From Candidatus Saccharimonadota bacterium (GTDB taxonomy: Bacteria > Pseudomonadota > Gammaproteobacteria > Enterobacterales > Enterobacteriaceae): 32,000 nucleotides of DNA. Location of the stretch: NCBI RefSeq assembly GCF_014857065.1, contig NZ_CP046533.1, forward strand, positions 390,001 through 422,000, written 5' to 3'. Shown one piece after another: positions 11,117-20,645 of this stretch. The translations under genes and the position numbers were made by a program. Under the pieces are notes generated by a model that saw nothing but the letters and a program-made list of their open reading frames with translations, was not told the DNA's origin and ran no database searches. How positions within the stretch are numbered: the stretch's first letter is position 1; each line of letters begins with the position of its first letter.

Positions 11117-11146
11117 TTGACAATATGGCCGTTGTTTCAATATGAT
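11117..11146 (+). promoter_or_regulatory. Candidate sigma-70 promoter (TTGACA-18 nt-TATGAT) in the orn/psd spacer
   Basis: There is a perfect -35 hexamer ttgaca at 11117..11122 and tatgat at 11141..11146, with an 18-nt spacer. It points toward psd, about 420 nt downstream. No experimental support. AT-rich DNA yields many chance -10-like hexamers, but a perfect TTGACA is rarer in this G-poor strand. Confidence 0.35.
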
Positions 11147-11566
11147 ATTGCGTAGCGATTAGAACTAAACTTTCGAGCATGATGGAGCTAACCAAAAATT
11201 AAACGACGTTACACTTGATGTAATAAACATGAGATAAACAATTTATCGATACTTAATTACAAAATTTATGAAATATAATTTTGAAAGTATAAGCACAGCC
11301 AATATAACATCTAGAACAGAAAATATGCTGAGCACATTTTCTGACAACCAACAACCAGTTACGACACTTATAGAGTATGACCTACGTCGTTCACAAAATA
11401 CCCTTAAATACTTGTTAAAGTTAAAATTATGAAAACTATAATAATGCAAAGAATACAAAGTACAAAAGTCACCAAGTCCGTTGCTACAATCATAAAATTT
11501 TATGATATATAATTTTCAAAAATGTTGTCTTTAACCCAATACAATATATTTACTACAGCATCCTAA

Positions 11567-12430
11567 ATGTTAAAGAAAATCAAAATAATGTCACAATACT
11601 TATTACCTAAGCGATGGCTCACCGAATTTATAGGATGTATGGCTGAATGGAAAGGAGGAATCATCACTCAATGGATAATTAAAATATTCATATACATGTA
11701 TCAGATAAAAATGGATGAAGCACAAGAAACAGATGTAATGCAATATTCTACTTTTAACAATTTTTTTACACGTAAATTACGAGATGATGCTAGGCCTATT
11801 GACAAAGATCCGTTAATATTAACAATGCCCGCAGATGGAATAATTTCCCAAATAGGAAAAATTGACAAACAAAATATAATTCAAGCTAAAGGGCACTATT
11901 ACAAACTAGAATCTTTGCTGGCAGGTAACGATAGTATAATCAATCGTTTCCGAGATGGTAATTTCTCTACAATATACCTATCTCCAGGAAATTACCATAG
12001 AGTACACATGCCATGCAACGGAACACTAAGGGATTCTCTGTATATACCTGGCGATCTATTCTCTGTCAATCCTATAATTGCAGAAAACATAACAAATTTA
12101 TTTGCCCGCAATGAAAGATTAATTTGTTTATTTGATACGGAATTCGGAACAATGGCACAAATATTAATAGGAGCTATCATCATGGGAAGCATTGAAACCA
12201 TCTGGGCAGGAACAATCACCCCTCCTCGAGAAGGAATTATCAAACATTGGCATTACCCACAAGCTAACGATATTAATGCAATAACTTTATTAAAAGGGCA
12301 AGAAATGGGATTATTTAAGTTAGGATCTACCGTAATTAATTTATTTCCTGAAGGGAAAATAATTTTCAGCAACCACATATACTGTGGCCAAATAAGCAAA
12401 ATAGGCCTTCCTTTAGCAAACATAATTTGA
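11567..12430 (+). CDS. psd: Phosphatidylserine decarboxylase proenzyme
   Basis: 287 aa. YLLPKRWLTEF..., GNYHRVHMPCNG.LR...Y.PGDLFSVN, FARNERLICLFDTEFG.MAQIL.GA.I.GSIET.WAGTITPPREG and the self-cleavage site FKLGSTVINLF all match E. coli Psd. Confidence 0.96.
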   Translation: MLKKIKIMSQYLLPKRWLTEFIGCMAEWKGGIITQWIIKIFIYMYQIKMDEAQETDVMQYSTFNNFFTRKLRDDARPIDKDPLILTMPADGIISQIGKIDKQNIIQAKGHYYKLESLLAGNDSIINRFRDGNFSTIYLSPGNYHRVHMPCNGTLRDSLYIPGDLFSVNPIIAENITNLFARNERLICLFDTEFGTMAQILIGAIIMGSIETIWAGTITPPREGIIKHWHYPQANDINAITLLKGQEMGLFKLGSTVINLFPEGKIIFSNHIYCGQISKIGLPLANII

Positions 12431-12478
12431 AGTATAATCATCCATATTAATATGAAATGATTGAACATAATAAAAACA

Positions 12479-15400
12479 ATGACATGTATTTTACGATTGA
12501 TAATTATCCTGTATATGATAGGATATTCAACCAACCAGATATCTTCTACAGCATGTTCAGCAAATCAAATACAAAAAGACAATATAAAAAAATGCAATAA
12601 AAGCCAGGAAAATACAAATTTCACAGAAATAAAAACACATGAAGAACAATCATTTGACGATTACATAAAAAAATATCAAGTGGTCATTAGCGATTTTCTA
12701 ATGCTACACCATCAATTGTACAAAAAGAAAAAAAACGAAATTAGCCTACCAATCCTAGAAAATATAGATATTTTATCTTCTATTAATGGATTAAAAAAAA
12801 GACTATTGCAGATAAAAAAACAAGTAACAGATTGTGGATTAGAACTGCAAAAAGAACAAAATCAAATAAACCATATTAATCAATCACTAATTATATTACC
12901 CGAAGAACAAAAAAAAGAACAAGAAGAATTGGACAATATAAAACAACAGATATCATCTTTAATATCTAATATTCCAATTAATCAAACTAAATTAACAGAA
13001 TTAAAAATACAACAAACGAATAAAAAATTAAAAATAGCAGAACTAGAATTATCTAAACTTAATTTTAACAATCAACAAGAAATTCTAAAATTACGCATTT
13101 CATTGCTTAAAAAAAGACATAATCAATTGAATGAAGAATTACAAAAATTTATTAGCCAATTAATTGAATTACATCATGAAAAAACAAAAACAATAGAAAA
13201 AAACAGGATATTGTATAATTGCAAAAACGAACAATTATTAAATAGTTACAAACTTTCGAACGATCTCAATCAACAAATAAATAATATGCATTATATCAAG
13301 TCAAAACAACAACAAACCAATTCTTATATTACACAAAGTAAAAAAATACTTAACAATCTACTTGAACAATCACAATGGCTAGATAAATCTTCAACGCTGG
13401 GAAACAGCTTAAGAGCTCAATTATCTAAGTTACCAAAAATACCAAAATATCAACAATTAGATAATAATATGGTAAGATGGCAAACCAAAAGGTTAAAATA
13501 TGAAAATCAGTTAAATGAATTACACTTAGAAGAATTACAAAATAAAAATGATGGCAATACAAAATTAACTATAGAAGAAAATAATACATTAATCACACAA
13601 CTCAACATAAAAAAGGATCTTTTAAATTTACTAATAACTGGATGCGATACACAAATTCTTGAACTAACAAAACTTAAAATAGCATACGAACAACTTAAAA
13701 AAATAATTAAAGAAGTACAAAAAACCGCTCATCGAGCCTTATTTTGGACAGCAGACATTCGCCCTATTACCTCCTCATATCCTCTACAAGTATACAAAGA
13801 CCTACAACAAATTTTGAACTACAACGCCTTAAAAGAGTTTAAAAACATATTAAAGGAAATATTTTTAAATAAAAAATCAATTATCTTATTAAATGGAAGC
13901 ATAATATTAATCGGATTGCAAATTTATTTGCAACGTCACTACAATGATTATTTAACAATAGTTAGCAACAAAATAGGGAAAATCAGCAAAGACAATTTTT
14001 TATTCACTATCCACATCATATTTTGGTCCATAATTATATCTCTCCCCATACCATTACTATGGATAGCTATTACTTATAACTTCAAATATGCATGGACGCA
14101 CCCTCTTGCAGTCACTATAGGCGATGCTATGTCTAACATGACGCCCGCATTATGGATATTTATCATAATTTTATATTTTGCAAAAGATAAAGGACTTTTT
14201 ATTACTCATTTCAGGTGGTCAAAATTACAAATAAAAAAAGCACTACGCCATCATATCTCATTTTTTAGCATAATTACATTATCAATTATATCTTCAACAA
14301 CATTTGAAAAATATAATGATCATCAATTCTATAATACACTTGGTCGTTCATTTTTCATACTATCGTGTATTTATATCACATTAATCACTTTAAATTTAAA
14401 AAAATCCAAACTACCCTTATACATTAATAAAAATGGAACTAAAGATAATGTAATAAACAAATTACTATGGAATATAATGCTATGTGCTCCTATCATGGCA
14501 TCTTTATTTTCCTGTTGGGGATATTTGATGACATCTAAAATACTATTAACACAACTTGAAAAATCAATTGGTATTTGGATATTATTGCTTATAATATATG
14601 ATATTATTAAACGCTGGATGTTTATACAGCACCGCCGAATAATATCAGAAAAAAACAAAAAAAAAGAGAATATAATATATACAGCACCACATAATCCTCA
14701 AAAAAATCTACCTAAACATACAATTAAAATAAATAAACAATATGGAAAAACAGATTATAATCTACATGTTATAAGCGCTAAATCACTACAATTGATACGA
14801 TCTATCTTCAGTATTATTGCTGTATTATCAATAATAATTTTATGGTCTGAATTGCATTCAACATTTAGTTTTTTAGAAAATATCACTTTATGGAATGTCA
14901 CATCAAACATATCAACAAAAGAAGATCCACATCGAATTACCCTTGGGGCAGCACTAATTTCTATTTTAGTATTTGTTATCACAATTAAGCTAGTAAGAAA
15001 TCTGCCGTCATTACTAGAATTGATACTGTTACAACGCATAAATCTTACCCCAGGAACAGGATATGCAATCACCACCTTAACTAAATATGGTCTCATGTTA
15101 TTTGGGGGATTAATAGGATTTTCATTTATTGGCATAGAATGGTCAAAGTTACAATGGTTAATTGCAGCATTAGGAGTAGGATTAGGTTTTGGTTTACAAG
15201 AAATATTTGCTAATTTTATATCAGGATTAATGATTCTTTTTGAAAAACCAATACGTATTGGTGATACTGTTACTATCCAAAATTTTACTGGTAATATTAC
15301 TCGTATCAACACACGTACTACTACTATAACAGATTTAGATAATAAAGAAATAATTGTTCCTAATAAAGAATTTATCACTAAACAATTCACAAACTGGTCG

Positions 15401-15733
15401 TTAACAAATACAATAACGCGTGTAGTACTAAAAATACCTGTACCATTAAACATAAACACTGAAAAAATAACTTCTATTTTATTAGAAACTGTTAAAAATT
15501 GTCCACTGGTACTTGATGTACCATCACCTGAAGCCTATCTAACAGATTTACAACAAGGATTGCCAATATTCGAAATACGCCTATATACTGAAAAAATGAG
15601 CTACCGTATGCCTTTGCGACACCAAATACACACTCTCATCTTAAATGCTTATAAAACACACGGACTAGAATTACCATGTCCACCTTTCCAAATCCGTAAA
15701 GATCTAAATATTACTATTGAAAAATTCTCATAA
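12479..15733 (+). CDS. mscM: Large mechanosensitive channel of the MscK/MscM (YjeP) family
   Basis: The C-terminal MscS core ...GIEWSKLQWL.AALGVGLGFGLQEIFANFISGLMILFEKPIRIGDTVTI...IVPNKEFIT.QF.NWSL is near-identical to E. coli YjeP/MscM. The gene is adjacent to psd as in E. coli. The ORF-track start at 12461 is TTG. The first ATG is 12479 (MTCILRLIIILYMIGYS, signal-like), giving 1084 aa, but either start is possible. Confidence 0.9.
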   Translation: MTCILRLIIILYMIGYSTNQISSTACSANQIQKDNIKKCNKSQENTNFTEIKTHEEQSFDDYIKKYQVVISDFLMLHHQLYKKKKNEISLPILENIDILSSINGLKKRLLQIKKQVTDCGLELQKEQNQINHINQSLIILPEEQKKEQEELDNIKQQISSLISNIPINQTKLTELKIQQTNKKLKIAELELSKLNFNNQQEILKLRISLLKKRHNQLNEELQKFISQLIELHHEKTKTIEKNRILYNCKNEQLLNSYKLSNDLNQQINNMHYIKSKQQQTNSYITQSKKILNNLLEQSQWLDKSSTLGNSLRAQLSKLPKIPKYQQLDNNMVRWQTKRLKYENQLNELHLEELQNKNDGNTKLTIEENNTLITQLNIKKDLLNLLITGCDTQILELTKLKIAYEQLKKIIKEVQKTAHRALFWTADIRPITSSYPLQVYKDLQQILNYNALKEFKNILKEIFLNKKSIILLNGSIILIGLQIYLQRHYNDYLTIVSNKIGKISKDNFLFTIHIIFWSIIISLPIPLLWIAITYNFKYAWTHPLAVTIGDAMSNMTPALWIFIIILYFAKDKGLFITHFRWSKLQIKKALRHHISFFSIITLSIISSTTFEKYNDHQFYNTLGRSFFILSCIYITLITLNLKKSKLPLYINKNGTKDNVINKLLWNIMLCAPIMASLFSCWGYLMTSKILLTQLEKSIGIWILLLIIYDIIKRWMFIQHRRIISEKNKKKENIIYTAPHNPQKNLPKHTIKINKQYGKTDYNLHVISAKSLQLIRSIFSIIAVLSIIILWSELHSTFSFLENITLWNVTSNISTKEDPHRITLGAALISILVFVITIKLVRNLPSLLELILLQRINLTPGTGYAITTLTKYGLMLFGGLIGFSFIGIEWSKLQWLIAALGVGLGFGLQEIFANFISGLMILFEKPIRIGDTVTIQNFTGNITRINTRTTTITDLDNKEIIVPNKEFITKQFTNWSLTNTITRVVLKIPVPLNINTEKITSILLETVKNCPLVLDVPSPEAYLTDLQQGLPIFEIRLYTEKMSYRMPLRHQIHTLILNAYKTHGLELPCPPFQIRKDLNITIEKFS

Positions 15734-15794
15734 TTAAAATTACAACTATAAAACAAAACTTCGCATTTGGACATAAAAAATAAAAATTTTAAGG

Positions 15795-16775
15795 CTAAGC
15801 TCTATCTAATGGAAAAGCGATAACATCACTTAAAGAATCAGCTTTTAATGCTAACATAACTAAACGATCAACTCCCAAAGCTATCCCAGAACAATCAGGT
15901 AACCCAAATTCCATGGCAGATAACAAATTTTCATCAATTACTTGAGGAGGTAAATTAATTTTCATTCGAACTTCATTATCTCGCAAAAAACGTCGACGTT
16001 GTTCATGATGATCCAGTAATTCATAGAAACCATTTGCTAATTCTAATCCTTTATAATAAATTTCAAATCTTTCTGCTAATCTAATATCTTTAATATTAAT
16101 TCTAGATAATCCAGCCTGCTCAACAGGAAAATGATAAACAAAAATAGGTATACTTTGACCTAAGTTAGGCTCAACAAGTACAGAAAATAGCAATTGCAGT
16201 ATACTATTTTTATCATCATTCAATGAAATAGCATCAGATAAAGAACATTCAGATGCAAATTTATATAATGCTTCTCTATTACTTAATAAAGGATCAAAAC
16301 CTACATATTTATTAAACACTGCTCTATAAGATATGAATTCAGGACTTTTATTAAAATTAAAAATATGTTCCAATAAATCATATGCTTCATGCATCAAATC
16401 ATAAATATCATAATTAAGATGATACCACTCCAACATTGTAAACTCTGGATTATGATATCGACCAATTTCTTCATTACGAAAACTTTTAAACAATTGAAAT
16501 ATAGAACCACTACCAGCTGCAAGTAAACGTTTCATATGAAATTCAGGACTAGTCATTAAATAAAGTAATTTACTATTTATACCTCCAGCCAAAGTGAAAT
16601 CAACCTGAAAAGAAGAAAGACCAATGTCAGTTACTGATGCTCGACTTAATATAGGAGTCTCAACTTCTAAAAAATTTCTATCAAAAAAAAATCTTCTTAT
16701 TTTTCTTATAATTAAAGAACGCTGTACTAAATTGTCGATGGAAGAAGAAGGTCTCCATTCAATAGAACTATACAT
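15795..16775 (-). CDS. epmA: EF-P-(R)-beta-lysine ligase EpmA (PoxA/GenX/YjeA; lysyl-tRNA-synthetase paralog)
   Basis: 326 aa. W.PS.SI.NL..R..I...IR.FF.DR..LEVETP..S.A.VTD...MTSPE.HMKRLLAAG.G.IFQL.KSFRNEE.GRYHNPEFTMLEWY...VAERFE.YYKG.ELANGF.EL...PDCSG.ALGVDRLVMLAL is collinear with E. coli EpmA. Confidence 0.94.
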   Translation of the reverse strand: MYSSIEWRPSSSIDNLVQRSLIIRKIRRFFFDRNFLEVETPILSRASVTDIGLSSFQVDFTLAGGINSKLLYLMTSPEFHMKRLLAAGSGSIFQLFKSFRNEEIGRYHNPEFTMLEWYHLNYDIYDLMHEAYDLLEHIFNFNKSPEFISYRAVFNKYVGFDPLLSNREALYKFASECSLSDAISLNDDKNSILQLLFSVLVEPNLGQSIPIFVYHFPVEQAGLSRINIKDIRLAERFEIYYKGLELANGFYELLDHHEQRRRFLRDNEVRMKINLPPQVIDENLLSAMEFGLPDCSGIALGVDRLVMLALKADSLSDVIAFPLDRA

Positions 16776-16979
16776 TAACTATTTATCTACTCAGACTTAA
16801 ACTAAATTCTAAAATGCAAATTACGAAAATAAGAAAAAATCAACTTTATAACATCCGAAATAAAATAATATTACCATAATAAATATATAACAAAATTATA
16901 AAAATATAATTCTAATATAGAGACGAATCTTTACCCTCAAACTCTAAAACTTATATAAAATAATTCAACGAGATCATCT

Positions 16980-17549
16980 CTATTTAACCCTTGATATATA
17001 ACGACTGAATCTAGTATCCACCTTTATTATTTCACCAACTTGAACAAAAACCGGCACCCTAATAGTAACACCAGTTATTAAAGTAGCTAATTTAGTACCT
17101 ACACTAGTAACACTATTACCTTTAATTCCAGGGCTAGTATCTGTAACTTTCAAACATACAAAATTTGGAGGAATCACACTAATTGGTCGCTCACACCATA
17201 AAATTATATTATAATTAACTTGTTCAACCAACCATTTAGAATTATCACCAATAACTTCAAAATTTACAACTATTTGATCAAAATTTTCACAATTCATAAA
17301 ATACCAAAATGTAGCATCACTATACAAATACACCGAGCTAACTTCTATTATATCAGCTGACTGTACTAAATCACCAGATTTAAAAATTTTCTCTAAATTT
17401 TTACCAGTAATCAAAGTGCGGAATTTTACCCTATTAAATGACTGTCCCTTTCCAGGTTTAATAAATTCATTATTAACAACAACACACGGCTCACTATCAT
17501 ACATAATCTTAAAACCAGGACAAAGCTGATTGATATTATAAAATACCAT
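16980..17549 (-). CDS. efp: Translation elongation factor P
   Basis: 189 aa. It contains the EF-P loop EFIKPGKGQSFNRVKFR with the modifiable Lys (E. coli K34 equivalent in KPGKGQ). The C-terminus VPVFVQVGEIIKVDTRFSRYISRVK matches E. coli EF-P. Confidence 0.96.
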   Translation of the reverse strand: MVFYNINQLCPGFKIMYDSEPCVVVNNEFIKPGKGQSFNRVKFRTLITGKNLEKIFKSGDLVQSADIIEVSSVYLYSDATFWYFMNCENFDQIVVNFEVIGDNSKWLVEQVNYNIILWCERPISVIPPNFVCLKVTDTSPGIKGNSVTSVGTKLATLITGVTIRVPVFVQVGEIIKVDTRFSRYISRVK

Positions 17550-17561
17550 AAAACTTTCTAT

Positions 17562-17618
17562 CGAAAAACTACCAAGAATCTAATGATCTCTATTCTAAAT
17601 CACTAGAACCTTGGTAGT
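17562..17618 (-). terminator. Long interrupted hairpin followed by T4 (minus-strand sense), a probable groESL intrinsic terminator or attenuator just upstream of efp
   Basis: On the + strand, 17568..17576 (actaccaag) pairs perfectly with 17610..17618 (cttggtagt). An inner stem, 17579..17587 with 17599..17607, is 8/9 paired. The apical loop is 11 nt. In minus sense the stem is followed by TTTTCG (17567..17562). The structure lies 70 nt after the groEL stop and 15 nt before the efp ATG. Confidence 0.55.
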
Positions 17619-17688
17619 CTAAGCCAACAACAAGCCTTCTAACAAAAAAACCTATCTCTCATATAACCTATATATACATCATCAAAAA

Positions 17689-19332
<1,644 letters not shown>

Positions 19333-19369
19333 TTACCTTACAGTTATTCATCAAGTTAATCACGTAAAA

Positions 19370-19663
<294 letters not shown>

Positions 19664-19757
19664 TTAATACTCCTCTTAAGTTTATCATAAAATCGGTATC
19701 AACCTTGAGACGAATACCGAACTTAAACGCCTAAATTTCATCTACATCTGTCTACTT

Positions 19758-19787
19758 AGATGGGGACATTTAGTATGGCTTCAAGGG
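19758..19787 (-). promoter_or_regulatory. Sigma-32 (RpoH) heat-shock promoter of groESL
   Basis: The minus-strand sequence reads CCCTTGAA-gccatactaaatgt-CCCCATCT. The -35 box is 19787..19780 and the -10 box is 19765..19758, with a 14-nt spacer. This matches the sigma-32 consensus (CTTGAA N13-15 CCCCATnT) and the E. coli groE promoter. It lies about 95 nt upstream of the groES ATG. Confidence 0.8.
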
Positions 19788-20019
19788 TTATCAAAAAATT
19801 TTTTTTGTAGCAATATAAAAAATTAGCCTTTACCCAATTGATGTAAGTAAACCAAAATAACGCACAAAAACTACAAGCCTCCACCGTCCAAAACTATCCC
19901 AACTAAAATGCGTCACAAACAAAACTTACAACATCAAAATCACCACCATTAACAGTTATAATAACCGAGATTGCTTGACACAACAATCCAATATAAGGTA
20001 TTTTACTGTCACTTTTATT

Positions 20020-20097
20020 AGATTCGCAGCAGATGCTAACAACACTAAAATGGTCAATACAGTAATTTTATCATAGAAATGTCAGATTTGCAGCAGT
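20020..20097 (+). repeat. Two copies of a 13-nt motif (agattYgcagcag), 65 bp apart, upstream of cutA
   Basis: 20020..20032 is agattcgcagcag and 20085..20097 is agatttgcagcag (12/13 identical). The second copy ends 15 nt before the cutA ATG. It stands out because G is otherwise scarce on this strand in spacers. Confidence 0.5.
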
Positions 20098-20112
20098 AAT
20101 AAATTATATCCT

Positions 20113-20457
20113 ATGAATAAGCTTGACGATGAACTCATAATAATTTTGTGCACTGTACCTAACGATAAAGACACAGGGATTCGTATAGCTAAAAAACTAT
20201 TAGAAGAGAACTTGACTCCGTGTGTTACTATGTTGAACAATGCTACTTCTTTATATTATTGGGAAAATGAACTAAAACAAAAACATGAGATCCAATTGCT
20301 GATCAAAAGTTACAAATGCCTAAAATCATCTGTTTTTGAGACTATTAGAAAGTATCATCCCTATCTCAATCCAGAACTGATAGCAATACCAATAGTTGGC
20401 ATTAGCCATGAATATTTGACTTGGATTTATAATTCACTAAAATTATATAAAAATTAA
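20113..20457 (+). CDS. cutA: Divalent-cation tolerance protein CutA
   Basis: 114 aa. II.LCT.P......IA.KLLEE.L..CV.......SLYYWE..L.Q..E.QL.IK........V.E.I...HPY..PEL.A.P......YL.W...SL matches E. coli CutA (…VVVLCTAPDE…[23 protein letters not shown]…HHPYQTPELLVLPV…DYLSWLNASL). Confidence 0.9.
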   Translation: [114 protein letters not shown]

Positions 20458-20572
20458 CATCGGATGATCAATATAATTGAGTGATGTGTATATCTGATAT
20501 ACGGATCATTCAAAACTATAGAAATGGTAACCTGCAAACCTTATATTGCAGATGCCAAAAGTTGTATAAGCT

Positions 20573-20645
20573 GCCCGGATAGCTCAGTTGGTAGAGCAGT
20601 GGACTGAAGATCCCCGTGTCCTTGGTTCAATTCCAAGTCCGGGCA
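20573..20645 (+). tRNA. pheU: tRNA-Phe (anticodon GAA), with no encoded CCA, G at position 37 and a U28-C42 mismatch
   Basis: gcccgga-ta-gctc-agttggta-gagc-a-gtgga-ctGAAga-tcccc-gtgtc-cttgg-ttcaatt-ccaag-tccgggc-a. The acceptor stem, D arm, variable loop and 39-43 are identical to E. coli tRNA-Phe as I recall it. It differs at G28U, U32C and A37G and in the T arm. The discriminator A is followed by CAT, not CCA. Confidence 0.93.

Noticed and set aside
11243-11458. A 71-aa minus-strand ORF in the orn-psd spacer (MYSLHYYSFHNFNFNKYLRVF...).
   Set aside because: It has no similarity that I recognise, no convincing ribosome-binding site and a composition typical of random AT-rich translation. It lies in the presumed rsgA deletion scar, on the strand opposite to where rsgA would be. 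I kept it only as a note within the rsgA-scar finding.
14755-15459. A 234-aa ORF antisense to mscM, and a 95-aa antisense ORF at 14371..14658.
   Set aside because: They lie entirely inside the strongly conserved MscS core on the opposite strand. Long antisense ORFs are expected here because the coding strand is A-rich, so the antisense has few stop codons in one frame. The translations are low-complexity and Ile/Asn/Phe-rich, with no recognisable motifs.
19975-20004. TTGACA (19975..19980) with tatttt 18 nt downstream, considered as the cutA promoter.
   Set aside because: The -10 match is weak (TAnnnT only) and the spacing is suboptimal. I did not list it as a feature, although the perfect -35 hexamer is worth noting if transcription starts are mapped.
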